Source: the human T2T-CHM13v2.0 reference genome, Homo sapiens. Taken from it: a stretch of 64,000 nucleotides of DNA. The first letter of the stretch is position 1. Each line of letters starts with the position of its first letter. Where the stretch lies: NCBI RefSeq assembly GCF_009914755.1, contig NC_060936.1; one strand, given 5' to 3'. A program made the position numbers and the translations under genes. The notes below the pieces were generated by a model. The model was not told where the DNA came from. It searched no databases and worked only from the letters and a program-made list of their open reading frames with translations. Positions 26,755 to 41,700 of the stretch are shown piece by piece.

Positions 26755-29700
26755 TGTTTTTACACGAAGATATTTCCGTTTCTTCGATTGGCCTCAAAGC
26801 GATTGAAATCTCCAACTGGAAACTGCACAAATAGGGTGATTCAAATCTGCTCTGTCTAAAGGAAGGTTCAACTCTGTGAGTTGAATACACACACCACAAA
26901 TAAGTTACTGAGAATTCTTCTCTCGAACATTACATGAAGAAATCCCGTTTCCAACGAAGGCCTCAAAGAGGTCCAAATATCCACTTGCCGACATGGCAAA
27001 CACAGTGATTGCAAACTGCTCCGTCAAAAGAAAGGTTAAACTCTGTGAGATGAACACACACATCAAAAAGAAGTTTCTGTGAATGATTCTGTCTAGATTT
27101 TATAAGAAGATGTTTCCTTTTCTAAGATAGACCTCAAAGCGCTAGAAATCTCCAGGTGCAAATTCCAGAAAAAGTGTGTTTAACATCTGCTCTGTCTAAA
27201 GTAAAGTTCAGCTCTGTGAGTTGAATACACACAGCACAAAGAAGTTACTGAGACTTCTTCTGTCTTACATTATATGAAGAAATCCCGTTTCCAAAGAAGG
27301 CCTCAAAGAGGTCCAAATATCCACTTGCAGACTTGTCAAACAGAGTGTTTCCAAACTGCACCATCAAAAGAAAGGTTAAACTCTGTGAGCTGAACGCACA
27401 CATCACAAAGTAGTTTCTGTGAATGATTCTGTCTAGTTTTTATACGAAGATGTTTCCTTTTCTACCTTTGGTCTCAAAGCGATTGAAATCTCCACATGGA
27501 AACTCCACAAAAAGAGTGTTTCAAATCTGCTCTTTCTGAAGGAAGGTTCAACTCTGTGAGTTGAATACACACACCACAAATAAGTTACTGAGAATTCTTC
27601 TGTGTAAAATTATATGAGGAAATCCCGCTTCCAACGAAGGCCTCAAAGAGGTCCAAATATCCACTTGCAGACTTTACAAAGACAGTGTCTCCAAACTCCT
27701 CCATCAAAAGAAAGGTTATACTCTGTGAATTGAACGCACACATCACAAAGTAGTTTCTGAGAATGATTCTGTCTAGTTTTTATACGAAGATATTTCCTTT
27801 TCTACATTTGGCCTAAAAGCGCTTGAAATCTCCACCTGCAAATATCACAAAAAGAGGGTTTCACATCTGCTCTGTGTAAAGGACAGTTCACTTCTGTGAG
27901 TTGAATAGAGGAAACACAAAGAACTTACTCAGTATTCTTCTTTCTAGCGTTATATGAAGAAATCCCGTTTCCAACGAAGGCCTCAAAGAGGTCCAAATAT
28001 CTGCTTGCAGACTTTACAGACAGAGTGTTTCCAAACTGGTCTATGAAAAGAAAGCTTAAACTCCGTGAGTTGAACGCACACATCACAAAGTAGTTTCTGA
28101 GAATGATTCTGTCTTGTTTTTATACGAAGATATTTCCGTTTCAACGATTGTCCTCAAAGCGATTGAAATCTCCAACTGGAAACTGCACAAATAGTGTGTT
28201 TCAAATCTGCTCTGTCTAAAGGAAGGTTCAACTCTGTGAGTTGAATACACACACCACAAATAAGTTACTGAGAATTCTTCTCTCGAACATTACATGAAGA
28301 AATCCCGTTTCCAACGAAGGCCTCAAAGAGGTCCAAATATCCACTTGCCGACATGGCAAACACAGTGTTTGCAAACTGCTCCGTCAAAAGAAAGGTTAAA
28401 CTCTGTGAGATGAACACACACATCAAAAAGAAGTTTCTGTGAATGATTCTGTCTAGATTTTATAAGAAGGTGTTTCCTTTTCTACCGTATGCCTCAAAGC
28501 GCTAGAAATCTCCAGCTGCAAATTCCACAAAAAGTGTGTTTAACATCTGCTCTGTCTAAAGTAAAGTTCAGCTCTGTGAGTTGAATACACACAGCACAAA
28601 GAAGTTACGGAGACTTCTTCTGTCTAACATTATATGAAGAAATCCCGTTTCCAAGGAAGGCCTCAAAGAGGTCAAAATATCTGCTTGCAGACATTACAGA
28701 CAGAGTGTTTCCAAACTACTCTATGAAAAGAAAACTTAAACTCCGTGAGTTGAACGCACACATCACAAAGAAGTTTCTGAGAATGATTCTGTCTAGTTTT
28801 TATACGAAGATATTTCCTTTTCTACATTTGGCCTAAAAGCGCTTGAAATCTCCACCTGCAAATATCACAAAAAGAGGGTTTCACATCTGCTCTGTCTAAA
28901 GGACAGTTCACCTCTGTGAGTTGAATAGTGGCAACACAAAGAAGTTACTGAGTATTCTTCTTTCTAGCGTTATATGAAGAAATCCCGTTTCCAACGAAGG
29001 CCTCAAAGAGGTCCAAATATCTGCTTGCAGACTTTACAGACAGAGCGTTTCCAAGCTACTCTATGAAAAGAAAGCTTTAACTCCGTGAGTTAAACGCACA
29101 CATCACAAAGTAGTTTCTGAGAATGATTCTGTCTTGTTTTTATACGAAGATATTTCCGTTTCTATGATTGGCCTCAAAGCGTTTGAAATCTCCAAGTGGA
29201 AACTGCACAAACAGGGTGTTTCAAATCTGCTCTGTCTAAACGAAGGTTCAACTCTGTGAGTTGAATACACACACCACAAATAAGTTACTGAGAATTCTTG
29301 TCTCGAACATTACATGAAGAAATCCCGTTTCCAACGAAGGCCTCAAAGAGGTCCAAATATCCACTTGCCGACATGGCAAACACAGTGTTTGCAAACTGCT
29401 CCATCAAAAGAAAGGTTAAACTCTGTGAGATGAACACACACATCAAAAAGATGTTTCTGTGAATGATTCTGTCTAGATTTTATAAGAAGATGTTTCCTTT
29501 TCTACCATAGGCCTCAAAGCGCTAGAAATCTCCAGCTGCAAATTCCACAAAAAGTGTGTTTAACATCTGCTCGGTGTAAAGTAAAGTTCAGCTCTGTGAG
29601 TTGAATACACACAGCACAAAGAAGTTACTGAGACTTCTTCTGTCTAACATTATATGAAGAAATCCCGTTTCCAACGAAGGCCTCAAAGAGGTCCAAATAT

Positions 29701-32700
29701 CCACTTGCAGACGTGAAAAACAGAGTGTTTCCAAACTGCTCCATCAAAAGAAAGGTTAAACTCTGTGAGTTGAACACACACATCACAAAGTAGTTTCTGT
29801 GAATGATTCTGTCTAGTTTTTATACGAAGATGTTTCCTTTTCTACCTTTGGTCTCAAAGCGATTGAAATCTCCACATGGAAACTCCACAAAAAGAGTGTT
29901 TCAAATGTGCTCTTTCTGAAGGAAGGTTCAACTCTGTGAGTTGAATACACACACCACAAATCAGTTACTGAGAATTCTTCTGTGTAACATTATATGAGGA
30001 AATCCCGTTTCCAACGAAGGCCTCAAAGAGGTCCAAATGTCCACTTGCAGACTTTACAAAGACAGTGTCTCCAAACTCCTCCATCAAAAGAAAGGTTATA
30101 CTCTGTGAATTGAGCACACATCACAATGTAGTTTCTGAGAATGATTCTGTCTAGTTTTTATACGAAGATATTTCCTTTTCTACATTTGGCCAAAAAGCGC
30201 TTGAAATCTCCACCTGCAAATATCACAAAAAGAGGGTTTCACATCTGCTCTGTCTAAAGGACAGTTCACCTCTGTGAGTTGAATGGATTCAACAGAAAGA
30301 AGTTACTGAGTATTCTTCTTTCTAGCGTTCTATGAAGAAATCCCGTTTCCAACGAAGGCCTCAAAGAGGTCCAAATATCTGCTTGCAGACTTTACAGACA
30401 GAGTGTTTCCAAACTACTCTATGAAAAGAAAGCTTAAACTCCGTGAGTTGAACGCACACATCACAAAGTAGTTTCTGAGAATGATTCTGTCTTGTTTTTA
30501 TACGAAGATATTTCCGTTTCTACGATAGGCCTCAAAGCGATTGAAATCTCCAACTGGAAACTGCACAAACAGGGTGTTTCAAATCTGCTCTGTCTAAAGG
30601 AAGGTTCAACTCTGTGAGTTGAATACACACACCACAAATAAGTTACTTAGAATTCTTCTCTCGAACATTACGTGAAGAAATCCCGTTTCCAACGAAGGCC
30701 TCAAAGAGTTCCAAATATCTACTTGCCGACATGGCAAACACAGTGTTTGCAAACTGTTCCATCAGAAGAAAGGTTAAACTCTGTGAGAGGAACACACACA
30801 TCAAAAAGAAGTTTCTGTGAATGATTGTGTCTAGATTTTATAAGAAGATGTTTCCTTTTCTACCATAGGCCTCAAAGCGCTAGAAATCTCCAGCTGCAAA
30901 TTCCACAAAAAGTGTGTTTAACATCTGCTCGTTCTAAAGTAAATTTCAGCTCTGTGATTTGAATACACACAGCACAAAGAAGTTACTGAGGATTCTTCTG
31001 TCTAACATTACAAGAAGAAATCCAGTTTCCAACGAAGGCCTCAAAGAGGTCCAAATATGCACTTGCAGACATGTCAAACAGAGTGTTTCCAAACTGCAAC
31101 ATCAAAAGAAAGGTTAAACTCTGTGAGCTGAACAAACACATCACAAAGTAGTTTTTGTGAATGATTCTGTCTAGTTTTTATACGAAGATGTTTCCTTTTC
31201 TACCTTTGGTCTCAAAGCGATTGAAATCTCCACATGGAAACTCCACAAAAAGAGTGTTTCATATCTGCTCTTTCTGAAGGAAGGTTCAACTCTGTGAGTT
31301 GAATACACACACCACAAATAAGTTACTGAGAATTCTTCTGTGTAACATTGTATGAGGAAATCCCGTTTCCAACGAAGGCCTCAAAGAGGTCCAAATATCC
31401 ACTTGCAGACTTTTCAAAGACAGTGTCTCCAAACTCCTCCATCAAAAGAAAGGTTATACTCTGTGAATTGAATGCACACATCACAAAGTAGTTTCTGAGA
31501 ATGATTCTGTCTAGTTTTTATACGAAGATATTTCCTTTTCTACATTTGGCCTAAAAGCGCTTGAAATCTCCACCTGCAAATATCACAAAAAGAGGGTTTC
31601 AAATCTGCTCTGTCTAAAGGAAGGTTCAACTCTGTGAGTTGAATACACCCACCACAAATAAGTTACTGAGAATTCTTGTCTCGAACATTACATGAAGAAA
31701 TCCCGTTTCCAACGAAGGCCTCAAAGAGGTCCAAATATCCACTTGCCGACATGGCAAACACAGTGTTTGCAAACTGCTCCGTCAAAAGAAAGGTTAAAGT
31801 CTGTGAGCTGAACACACACATCAAAAAGAAGTTTCTGTGAATGATTCTGTCTAGATTTTATAAGAAGATATTTCCTTTTCTACCATAGGCCTCAAAGCAC
31901 AAGAAATCTCCAGCTGCAAATTCCACAAAAAGTGTGTTTAACATCTATTCGGTCTAAAGTAAAGTTCAGCTCTGTGAGTTGAATACACACAGCACAAAGA
32001 AGTTACTGAGACTTCTTCTGTCTAACATTATATGAAGAAATCCCGTTTCCAACGAAGGCCACAAAGAGGTCCAAATATCCACTTGCAGACTTGTCAAACA
32101 GAGTGTTTCCAAACTGCACCATCAAAAGAAAGGTTAAACTCTGTGAGCTGAACACACACAACACAAAGTAGTTTCTGTGAATGATTCTGTCTAGTTTTTA
32201 TACGAAGATGTTTCCTTTTCTACCTTTGGTCTCAAAGCGATTGAAATCTCCACATGGAAACTCCACAAAGTAGTGTTTCAAATCTGCTCTTTCTGAAGGA
32301 AGGTTCAACTCTGTGAGTTGAATACACACACCACAAATAAGATACTGAGAATTCTTCTGTGTAACATTGTATGAGGAAATCCCGTTTCCAACGAAGGCCT
32401 CAAAGAGGTCCAAATGTCAACTTGCAGACATTACAAAGACAGTGTCTCCAAACTCCTGAATCAAAAGAAAGGTTATACTCTGTGAATTGAGCACACATTA
32501 CAATGTAGTTTCTGAGAATGATTCTGTCTAGTTTTTATACGAAGATATTTCCTTTTCTTCATTTGGCCAAAAAGCGCTTGAAATCTCCACCTGCAAATAT
32601 CACAAAAAGAGGGTTTCACATCTGCTCTGTCTAAAGGACAGTTCACCTCTGTGAGTTGAATAGATTCAACACAAAGAAGTTACTGAGTATTCTTCTTTCT

Positions 32701-35700
32701 AGCGTTATATGAAGAAATCCCGTTTCCAACGAAGGCCTCAAAGAGGTCCAAATATCTGCTTGCAGACTTTACAGACAGAGTGTTTCCAAACTACTCTATG
32801 AAAAGAAAGCTTAAACTCCGTGAGTTGAACGCACACATCAAAAGTAGTTTCTGAGAATGATTCTGTCTTGTTTTTATACGAAGATATTTCCGTTTCTATG
32901 ATTGGCCTCAAAGCGATTGAAATCTCCAACTGGAAACTGCACAAATAGGGTGTTTCAAATCTGCTCTGTCTAAAGGAAGGTTCAACTCTGTGAGTTGAAT
33001 ACACACACCACAAATAAGTTACTGAGAATTCTTCTCTCGAACATTACATGAAGAAATCCCGTTTCCAACGAAGGCCTCAAAGAGTTCCAAATATCTACTT
33101 GCCGACATGGCAAACACAGTGTTTGCAACCTGCTCCATCAGAAGAAAGGTTAAACTCTGTGAGATGAACACACACATCAAAAAGAAGTTTCTGTGAATGA
33201 TTGTGTCCAGATTTTATAAGAAGTTGTTTCCTTTTCTACCGTATGCCTCAAAGCGCTAGAAATCTCCAGCTGCAAATTCCACAAAAAGTGTGTTTAACAT
33301 CTGCTCGTTCTAAAGTAAAGTTCAGCTCTGTGAGTTGAATACACACAGCACAAAGAAGTTACTGAGACTTCTTCTGTCTAACATTATATGAAGAAATCCC
33401 GTTTCCAACGAAGGCCTCAAAGAGGTCCAAATATCCACTTGCAGACTTGTCAAACAGAGTGTTTCCAAACTGCACCATCAAAAGAAAGGTTAAACTCTGT
33501 GAGCTGAACACACACAACACAAAGTAGTTTCTGTGAATGATTCTGTCTAGTTTTTATACGAAGATGTTTCCTTTTCTACCTTTGGTCTCAAAGCGATTGA
33601 AATCTCCACATGGAAACTCCACAAAAAGAGTGTTTCAAATCTGCTCTTTCTGAAGGAAGGTTCAACTCTGTGAGTTGAATACACACACCACAAATCAGTT
33701 ACTGAGAATTCTTCTGTGTAACATTATATGAGATAATCCCGTTTCCAACGAAGGCCTCAAAGAGGTCCAAATGTCCACTTGCAGACTTTACAAAGACAGT
33801 GTCTCCAAACTCCTCCATCAAAAGAAAGGTTATTCTCTGTGAATTGAGCACACATCACAAAGTAGTTTCTGAGAATGATTCTGTCTAGTTTTTATACGAA
33901 GATATTTCCTTTTCTACATTTGGCCTAAAAGCGCTTGAAATCTCCACCTGCAAATATCACAAAAAGAGGGTTTCACATCTGCTCTGTCTAAAGGACAGTT
34001 CACCTCTGTGAGTTGAATAGAGGCAACACAAAGAAGTTACTGAGTATTCTTCTTTCTAGCGTTATATGAAGAAATCCCGTTTCCAACGAAGGCCTCAAAG
34101 AGGTCCAAATATCTGCTTGCAGACTTTACAGACAGAGTGTTTCCAAGCTAGTCTATGAAAAGAAAGCTTAAACTCCGAGAGTTGAACGCACACATCACAA
34201 AGTAGTTTCTGAGAATGATTCTGTCTTGTTTTTATACGAAGATATTACCGTTTCTACGATTGGCCTCAAAGCGATTGAAATCTCCAACTGGAAACTGCAC
34301 AAACAGGGTGTTTCAAATCTGCTCTGTCTCAAGGAAGGTTCAACTCTGTGAGTTGAATACACACACCACAAATAAGTTTCTGAGAATTCTTCTGTCGAAC
34401 ATTACATGAAGAAGTCCCGTTTCCAACGAAGGCCTCAAAGAGGTCCAAATATCCACTTGCCGACATGGCAAACACAGTGTTTGCAAACTGCTCCGTCAAA
34501 ATAAAGGTTAAACTCTGTGAGATGAACACACACATCAAGAAGAAGTTTCTGTGAATGATTGTGTCTAGATTTTATAAGAAGATGTTTCCTTTTCTACCTT
34601 TGGTCTCAAAGCGATTGAAATCTCCACATGGAAACTCCACAAAATAGTGTTTCAAATCTGCTGTTTCTGAAGGAAGGTTCAACTCTGTGAGTTGAATACA
34701 CACACCACAAATAAGTTACTGGGAATTCTTCTGTGTAACATTGTATGAGGAAATCCCGTTTCCAACGAAGGCCTCAAAGTGGTCCAAATGTCCACTTGCA
34801 GACTTTTCAAAGACATTGTCTCCAAACTCCTCCATCAAAAGAAAGGTTATACTCTGTGAATTGAGCACACATCACAAAGTAGTTTCTGAGAATGATTCTG
34901 TCCAGTTTTTATACGAAGATATTTCCTTTTCTACATTTGGCCTAAAAGCGCTTGGAATCTCCACCTGCAAATATCACAAAAAGAGGGTTTCACATCTGCT
35001 CTGTCTAAAGGTCAGTTCACCTCTGTGACTTGAATAGAGGCAACACAAAGAACTTACTCAGTATTCTTCTTTCTAGCGTTATATGAAGAAATCCCGTTTC
35101 CAACGAAGCCCTCAAAGAGGTCCAAATATCTGCTTGCAGACTTTACAGACAGAGTGTTTCCAAACTGCTGCATCAAAAGAAAGGTTATACTCCTTGAGTT
35201 GAACACACACATCACAAAGTAGTTTCTGTGAATGATTCTGTCTAGTTTTTATATGAAGATGTTTCCTTTTCTACCTTTGGTCTCAAAGCGATGGAATTCT
35301 CCACATGGAAACTCCACAAAAAGAGTGTTTCAAATCTGCTCTTTCTGAAGGAAGGTTCAACTCTGTGAGTTGAATACACACACCACAAATAAGTTACTGA
35401 GAATTCTTCTGTGTAACATTATATGCGGAAATCCCGTTTCCAACGAAGGCCTCAAAGAGGTCCAAATATCCACTTGCAGACTTTTACAAAGACAGTGTCT
35501 CCAAACTCCTCCATCAAAAGAAAGGTTATACTCTGTGAATTGAACGCACACATCACAAAGTAGTTTCTGAGAATGAATCTGTCTAGTTTTTATACGAAGA
35601 TATTTCCTTTTCTACATTTGGCCTAAAAGCACTTGAAATCTCCACCTGCAAATATCACAAAAAGAGGGTTTCACATCTGCTCTGTTTAAAGGACAGTTCA

Positions 35701-38700
35701 CCTCTGTGAGTTGAATAGAGGCAACACAAAGAACTTACTCAGTATTCTTCTTTCTAGCGTTATATGAAGAAATCCCGTTTCCAACGAAGGCCTCAAAGAG
35801 GTCCAAATATCTGCTTGCAGACTTTACAGACAGAGTGTTTCCAAGCTACTCTATGAAAAGAAAGCTTTAACTCCGTGAGTTGAACGCACACATCACAAAG
35901 TAGTTTCTGAGAATGATTCTGTCTTGTTTTTTTACGAAGATATTTCCGTTTCTATGATTGGCCTCAAAGCGATTGAAATCTCCAACTGGAAACTGCACAA
36001 ATAGGGTGTTTCAAATCTGCTCTGTCTAAAGGAAGGTTCAACTCTGTGAGTTGAATGCACACACCACAAATAAGTTACTGAGAATTCTTCTCTCGAACAT
36101 TACATGAAGAAATCCCGTTTCCAACGAAGGCCTTAAAGAGTTCCAAATATCTACTTGCCGACATGGCAAACACAGTGTTTGCAAACTGCTCCGTCAGAAG
36201 AAAGGTTAAACTCTGTGAGATGAACACACACATCAAAAAGAAGTTTCTGTGAATGATTGTGTGTAGATTTTATATGAAGATGTTTCCTTTTCTACCATAG
36301 GCCTCAAAGCACTAGAAATCTCCAGCTGCAAATTCCACAAAAAGGGTGTTTAACATCTGCTCGTTCTAAAGTAAAGTTCAGCTCTGTGATTTGAATACAC
36401 ACAGCACAAAGAAGTTAGTGAGACTTCTTCTGTCTAACATTATATGAAGAAATCCAGTTTCCAACGAAGGCCTCAAAGAGGTCCAAATATCCACTTGCAG
36501 ACTTGTCAAACAGAGTGTTTCCAAACTGCACCATCAAAAGAAAGGTTAAATTCTGTGAGCTGAACACACACATCACAAAGTAGTTTCTGTGAATGATTCT
36601 GTCTAGTTTTTATACGAAGATGTTTCCTTTTCTACCTTTGGTCTCAAAGCGATTGAAATCTCCACATGGAAACTCCACAAAAAGAGTGTTTCAAATCTGC
36701 TCTTTCTGAAGGAAGGTTCAACTCTGTGAGTTGAATACACACACCACAAATAAGTTACTGAGAATTCTTCTGTGTAACATTATATGAGGAAATCCCGTTT
36801 CCAACGAAGGCCTCAAAGAGGTCCAAATATCCACTTGCAGACTTTTCAAAGACAGTGTCTCCAAACTCCTCCATCAAAAGAAAGGTTACACTCTGTGAAT
36901 TGAATGCACACATCACAAAGTAGTTTTTGAGAATGATTCTGTCTAGTTTTTATACGAAGATATTTCCTTTTCTACATTTGGCCTAAAAGTGCTTGAAATC
37001 TCCACCTGCAAATATCACAAAAAGAGGGTTTCAAATCTGCTCTGTCTAAAGGAAGGTTCAACTCTATGAGTTGAATACACACACCACAAATAAGTTACTG
37101 AGAATTCTTCTCTCGAACATTACATGAAGAAGTCCCGTTTCCAACGAAGGCCTCAAAGAGGTCCAAATATCCACTTGCCGACATGGCAAACACAGTGTTT
37201 GCAAACTGCTCCGTGAAAAGAAACGTTAAACTCTGTGAGATGAACACACACATCAAAAAGAAGTTTCTGTGAATGATTCTGTCTAGATTTTATAAGAAGA
37301 TGTTTCCTTTTCTACCATAGGCCTCAAAGCACTAGAAATCTCCAGCTGCAAATTCCACAAAAAGTGTGTTTAACATCTGCTCGGTCTAAAGTAAAGTTCA
37401 GCTCTGTGAGTTGAATACACACAGCACAAAGAAGTTACTGAGACTTCTTCTGTCTAACATTATATGAAGAAATCCCGTTTCCAACGAAGGCCTCAAAGAG
37501 GTCCAAATATCCACTTGCAGACTTGTCAAACAGAGTGTTTCCAAACTGCACCATCAAAAGAAGGGTTAAACTCTGTGAGCTGAACACACACATCACAAAG
37601 TAGTTTCTGTGAATGATTCTGTCTAGTTTTTATACGAAGATGTTTCCTTTTCTACCTTTGGTCTCAAAGCGATTGAAATCTCCACATAGATACTCCACAA
37701 AATAGTGTTTCAAATGTGCTCTTTCTGAAGGAAGGTTCAACTCTGTGAGTTGAATACACACACCACAAATAAGTTACTGAGAATTCTTCTGTATAACATT
37801 GTATGGGGAAATCCCGTTTCCAACGAAGGCCTCAAAGAGGTCCAAATGTCCACTTGCAGACTTTACAAAGACAGTGTCTCCAAACTCCTCCATCAAAAGA
37901 AAGGTTATACTCTGTGAATTGAGCACACATCACAATGTAGTTTCTGAGAATGATTCTGTCTAGTTTTTATACGAAGATATTTCCTTTTCTACATTTGGCC
38001 AAAAAGCGCTTGAAATCTCCACCTGCAAATATCACAAAAAGAGGGTTTCACATCTGCTCTGTCTAAAGGACAGTTCACCTCTGTGAGTTGAATAGATTCA
38101 ACACGAAGAAGTTACTGAGTATTCTTCTTTCTAGCGTTATATGAAGAAATCCCGTTTCCAACGAAGGCCTCAAAGAGGTCCAAATATCTGCTTGCAGACT
38201 TTACAGACAGAGTGTTTCCAAACTACTCTATGAAAAGAAAGTTTAACTCCGTGAGTTGAACGCACACATCACAAAGTAGTTTCTGAGAATGATTCTGTCT
38301 TGTTTTTATACGAAGATATTTCCGTTTCTACGATTGGCCTCAAAGCGATTGAAATCTCCAACTGGAAACTGCACAAACAGGGTGTTTCAAATCTGCTCTG
38401 TCTATAGGAAGGTTCAACTCTGTGAGTTGAATACACACACCACAAATAAGTTACTGAGAATTCTTCTCTCGAACATTACATGAAGAAATCCCGTTTCCAA
38501 CGAAGGCCTCAAAGAGTTCCAAATATCTACTTGCCGACATGACAAACACAGTGTTTGCAAACTGCTCCGTCAGAAGAAAGGTTAAACTCTGGGAGATGAA
38601 CACACACATCAAAAAGAAGTTTCTGTGAATGATTGTGTCTAGATTTTATAAGAAGATGTTTCCTTTTCTACCATAGGCCTCAAAGCACAAGAAATCTCCA

Positions 38701-41700
38701 GCTGAAAATTCCACAAAAAGTGTGTTTAACATCTGCTCGTTCTAAAGTAAAGTTCAGCTCTGTGATTTGAATACACACAGCACAAAGAAGTTACTGAGAC
38801 TTCTTCTGTCTAACATTATATGAAGAAATCCAGTTTCCAACGAAGGCCTCAAAGAGGTCCAAATATCCACTTGCAGACTTGTCAAACAGAGTGTTTCCAA
38901 ACTGCACCATCAAAAGAAAGGTTAAACTCTGTGAGGTGAACACACACATCACAAAGTAGTTTCTGTGAATGATTCTGTCTAGTTTTTATACGAAGATGTT
39001 TCCTTTTCTACCTTTGGTCTCAAAGCGATTGAAATCTCCACATGGAAACTCCACAAAATAGTGTTTCAAATCTACTCTTTCTGAAGGAAGGTTCAAATCT
39101 GTGAGTTGAATACACACACCACAAATAAGATACTGAGAATTCTTCTGTGTAACATTGTATGAGGAAATCCCGTTTCCAACGAAGGCCTCAAAGAGGACCA
39201 AATGTCAACTTGCAGACTTTACAAAGACAGTGTCTCCAAACTCCTCCATCAAATGAAAGGTTATACTCTGTGAATTGAGCACACATCACAAAGTAGTTTC
39301 TGAGAATGATTCTGTCCAGTTTTTATACGAAGATATTTCCTTTTCTACATTTGGCCTAAAAGCGCTTGAAATCTCCACCTGCAAATATCACAAAAAGAGG
39401 GTTTCACATCTGCTCTGTCTAAAGGACAGTTCACCTCTGTGAGTTGAATAGAGGCAACACAAAGAAGTTACTGAGTATTCTTCTTTCTAGCGTTATATGA
39501 AGAAATCCCGTTTCCAACGAAGGCCTCAAAGAGGTCCAAATATCTGCTTGCAGACTTTACAGACAGAGTGTTTCCAAGCTACTGTATGAAAAGAAAGCTT
39601 TAACTCCGTGAGTTGAACGCACACATCACAAAGTAGTTTCTGAGAATGATTCTGTCTTGTTTTTATACGAAGATATTTCCGTTTCTATGATTGGCCTCAA
39701 AGCGATTGAAATCTCTAAGTGGAAACTGCACAAACAGGGTGTTTCAAATCTGCTCTGTCTAAAGGAAGGTTCAACTCTGTGAGTTGAATACACACACCAC
39801 AAATAAGTTACTGAGAATTCTTCTCTCGAACATTACATGAAGAAATCCCGTTTCCAACGAAGGCCTCAAAGAGGTCCAAATATCCACTTGCCGACATGGC
39901 AAACACAGTGTTTGCAAACTGCTCCGTCAAAAGAAAGGTTAAACTCTGTGAGATGAACACACACATCAAAAAGAAGTTTCTGTGAATGATTCTGTCTAGA
40001 TTTTATAAGAAGATGTTTCCTTTTCTACCATAGGCCTCAAAGCTCTAGAAATCTCCAGCTGCAAATTCCACAAAAAGTGTGTTTAACATCTGCTCGGTGT
40101 AACGTAAAATTCAGCTCTGTGAGTTGAATACACACAGCACAAAGAAGTTACTGAGACTTCTTCTGTCTAACATTATATGAAGAAATCCCGTTTCCAACGA
40201 AGGCCTCAAAGAGGTCCAAATATCCACTTGCAGACGTGAAAAACAGAGTGTTTCCAAACTGCTCCATCAAAAGAAAGGTTAAACTCTGTGAGTTGAACAC
40301 ACACATAACAAAGTAGTTTCTGTAAATGATTCTGTCTAGTTTTTATACGAAGATGTTTCCTTTTCTACCTTTGGTCTCAAAGCGATTGAAATCTCCACAT
40401 GGAAACTCCACAAAAACAGTGTTTCAAATGTGCTCTTTGTGAAGGAAGGTTCAACTCTTTGAGTTGAATACACACACCACAAATCAGTTACTGAGAATTC
40501 TTCTGTGTAACATTATATGAGGAAATCCCGTTTCCAACGAAGGCCTCAAAGAGGTCCAAATGTCCACTTGCAGACTTTACAAAGACAGTGTCTCCAAACT
40601 CCTCCATGAAAAGAAAGGTTATACTCTGTGAATTGAGCACACATCACAATGTAGTTTCTGAGAATGATTCTGTCTAGTTTTTATACGAAGATATTTCCTT
40701 TTCTACATTTGGCCTAAAAGCGCTTGAAATCTCCACCTGCAAATATCACAAAAAGAGGGTTTCACATCTGCTCTGTCTAAAGGACAGTTCACCTCTGTGA
40801 GTTGAATATCTTCAACACAAAGAAGTTACTGAGTATTCTTCTTTCTAGCGTTATATGAAGAAATCCCGCTTCCAACGAAGGCCTCAAAGAGGTCCAAATA
40901 TCTGCTTGCAGACTTTACAGACAGAGTGTTTCCAAGCTACTCTATGAAAAGAAAGCTTAAACTCCGTGAGTTGAACGCACACATCACAAAGTAGTTTCTG
41001 AGAATGATTCTGTCTTGTTTTTATACGAAGATATTTCCGTTTCTACGATTCGCCTCAAAGCGATTGAAATCTCCAACTGGAAACTGCACAAACAGGGTGT
41101 TTCAAATCTGCTCTGTCTAAAGGAAGGTTCAACTCTGTGAATTGAATACACACACCACAAATAAGTTACTGAGAATTCTTCTGTCGAACATTACATGAAG
41201 AAATCCCGTTTCCAACGAAGGCCTCAAAGAGGTCCAAATATCCACTTGCCGACATGGCAAACACAGTGTTTGCAAACTGCTCCGTCAAAAGAAAGGTTAA
41301 ACTCTGTGAGATGAACACACACATCAAAAAGTAGTTTCTGTGAATGATTTTGTCTACATTTTATAAGAAGTTGTTTCCTTTTCTACCGTAGGCCTCAAAG
41401 CACAAGAAATCTCCAGCTGCAAATTCCACAAAAAGTGTGTTTAACATCTGCTCGTTCTAAAGTAAAGTTCAGCTCTGTGAGTTGAATACACACAGCACAA
41501 AGAAGTTACTGAGACTTCTTCTGTCTAACATTATATGAAGAAATCCCGTTTCCAACGAAGGCCTCAAAGAGGTCCAAATATCCACTTGCAGACTTGTCAA
41601 ACAGAGTGTTTCCAAACTGCACCATCAAAAGAAAGGTTAAACACTGTGAGCTGAACACACACAACACAAAGTAGTTTCTGTGAATGATTCTGTCTAGTTT

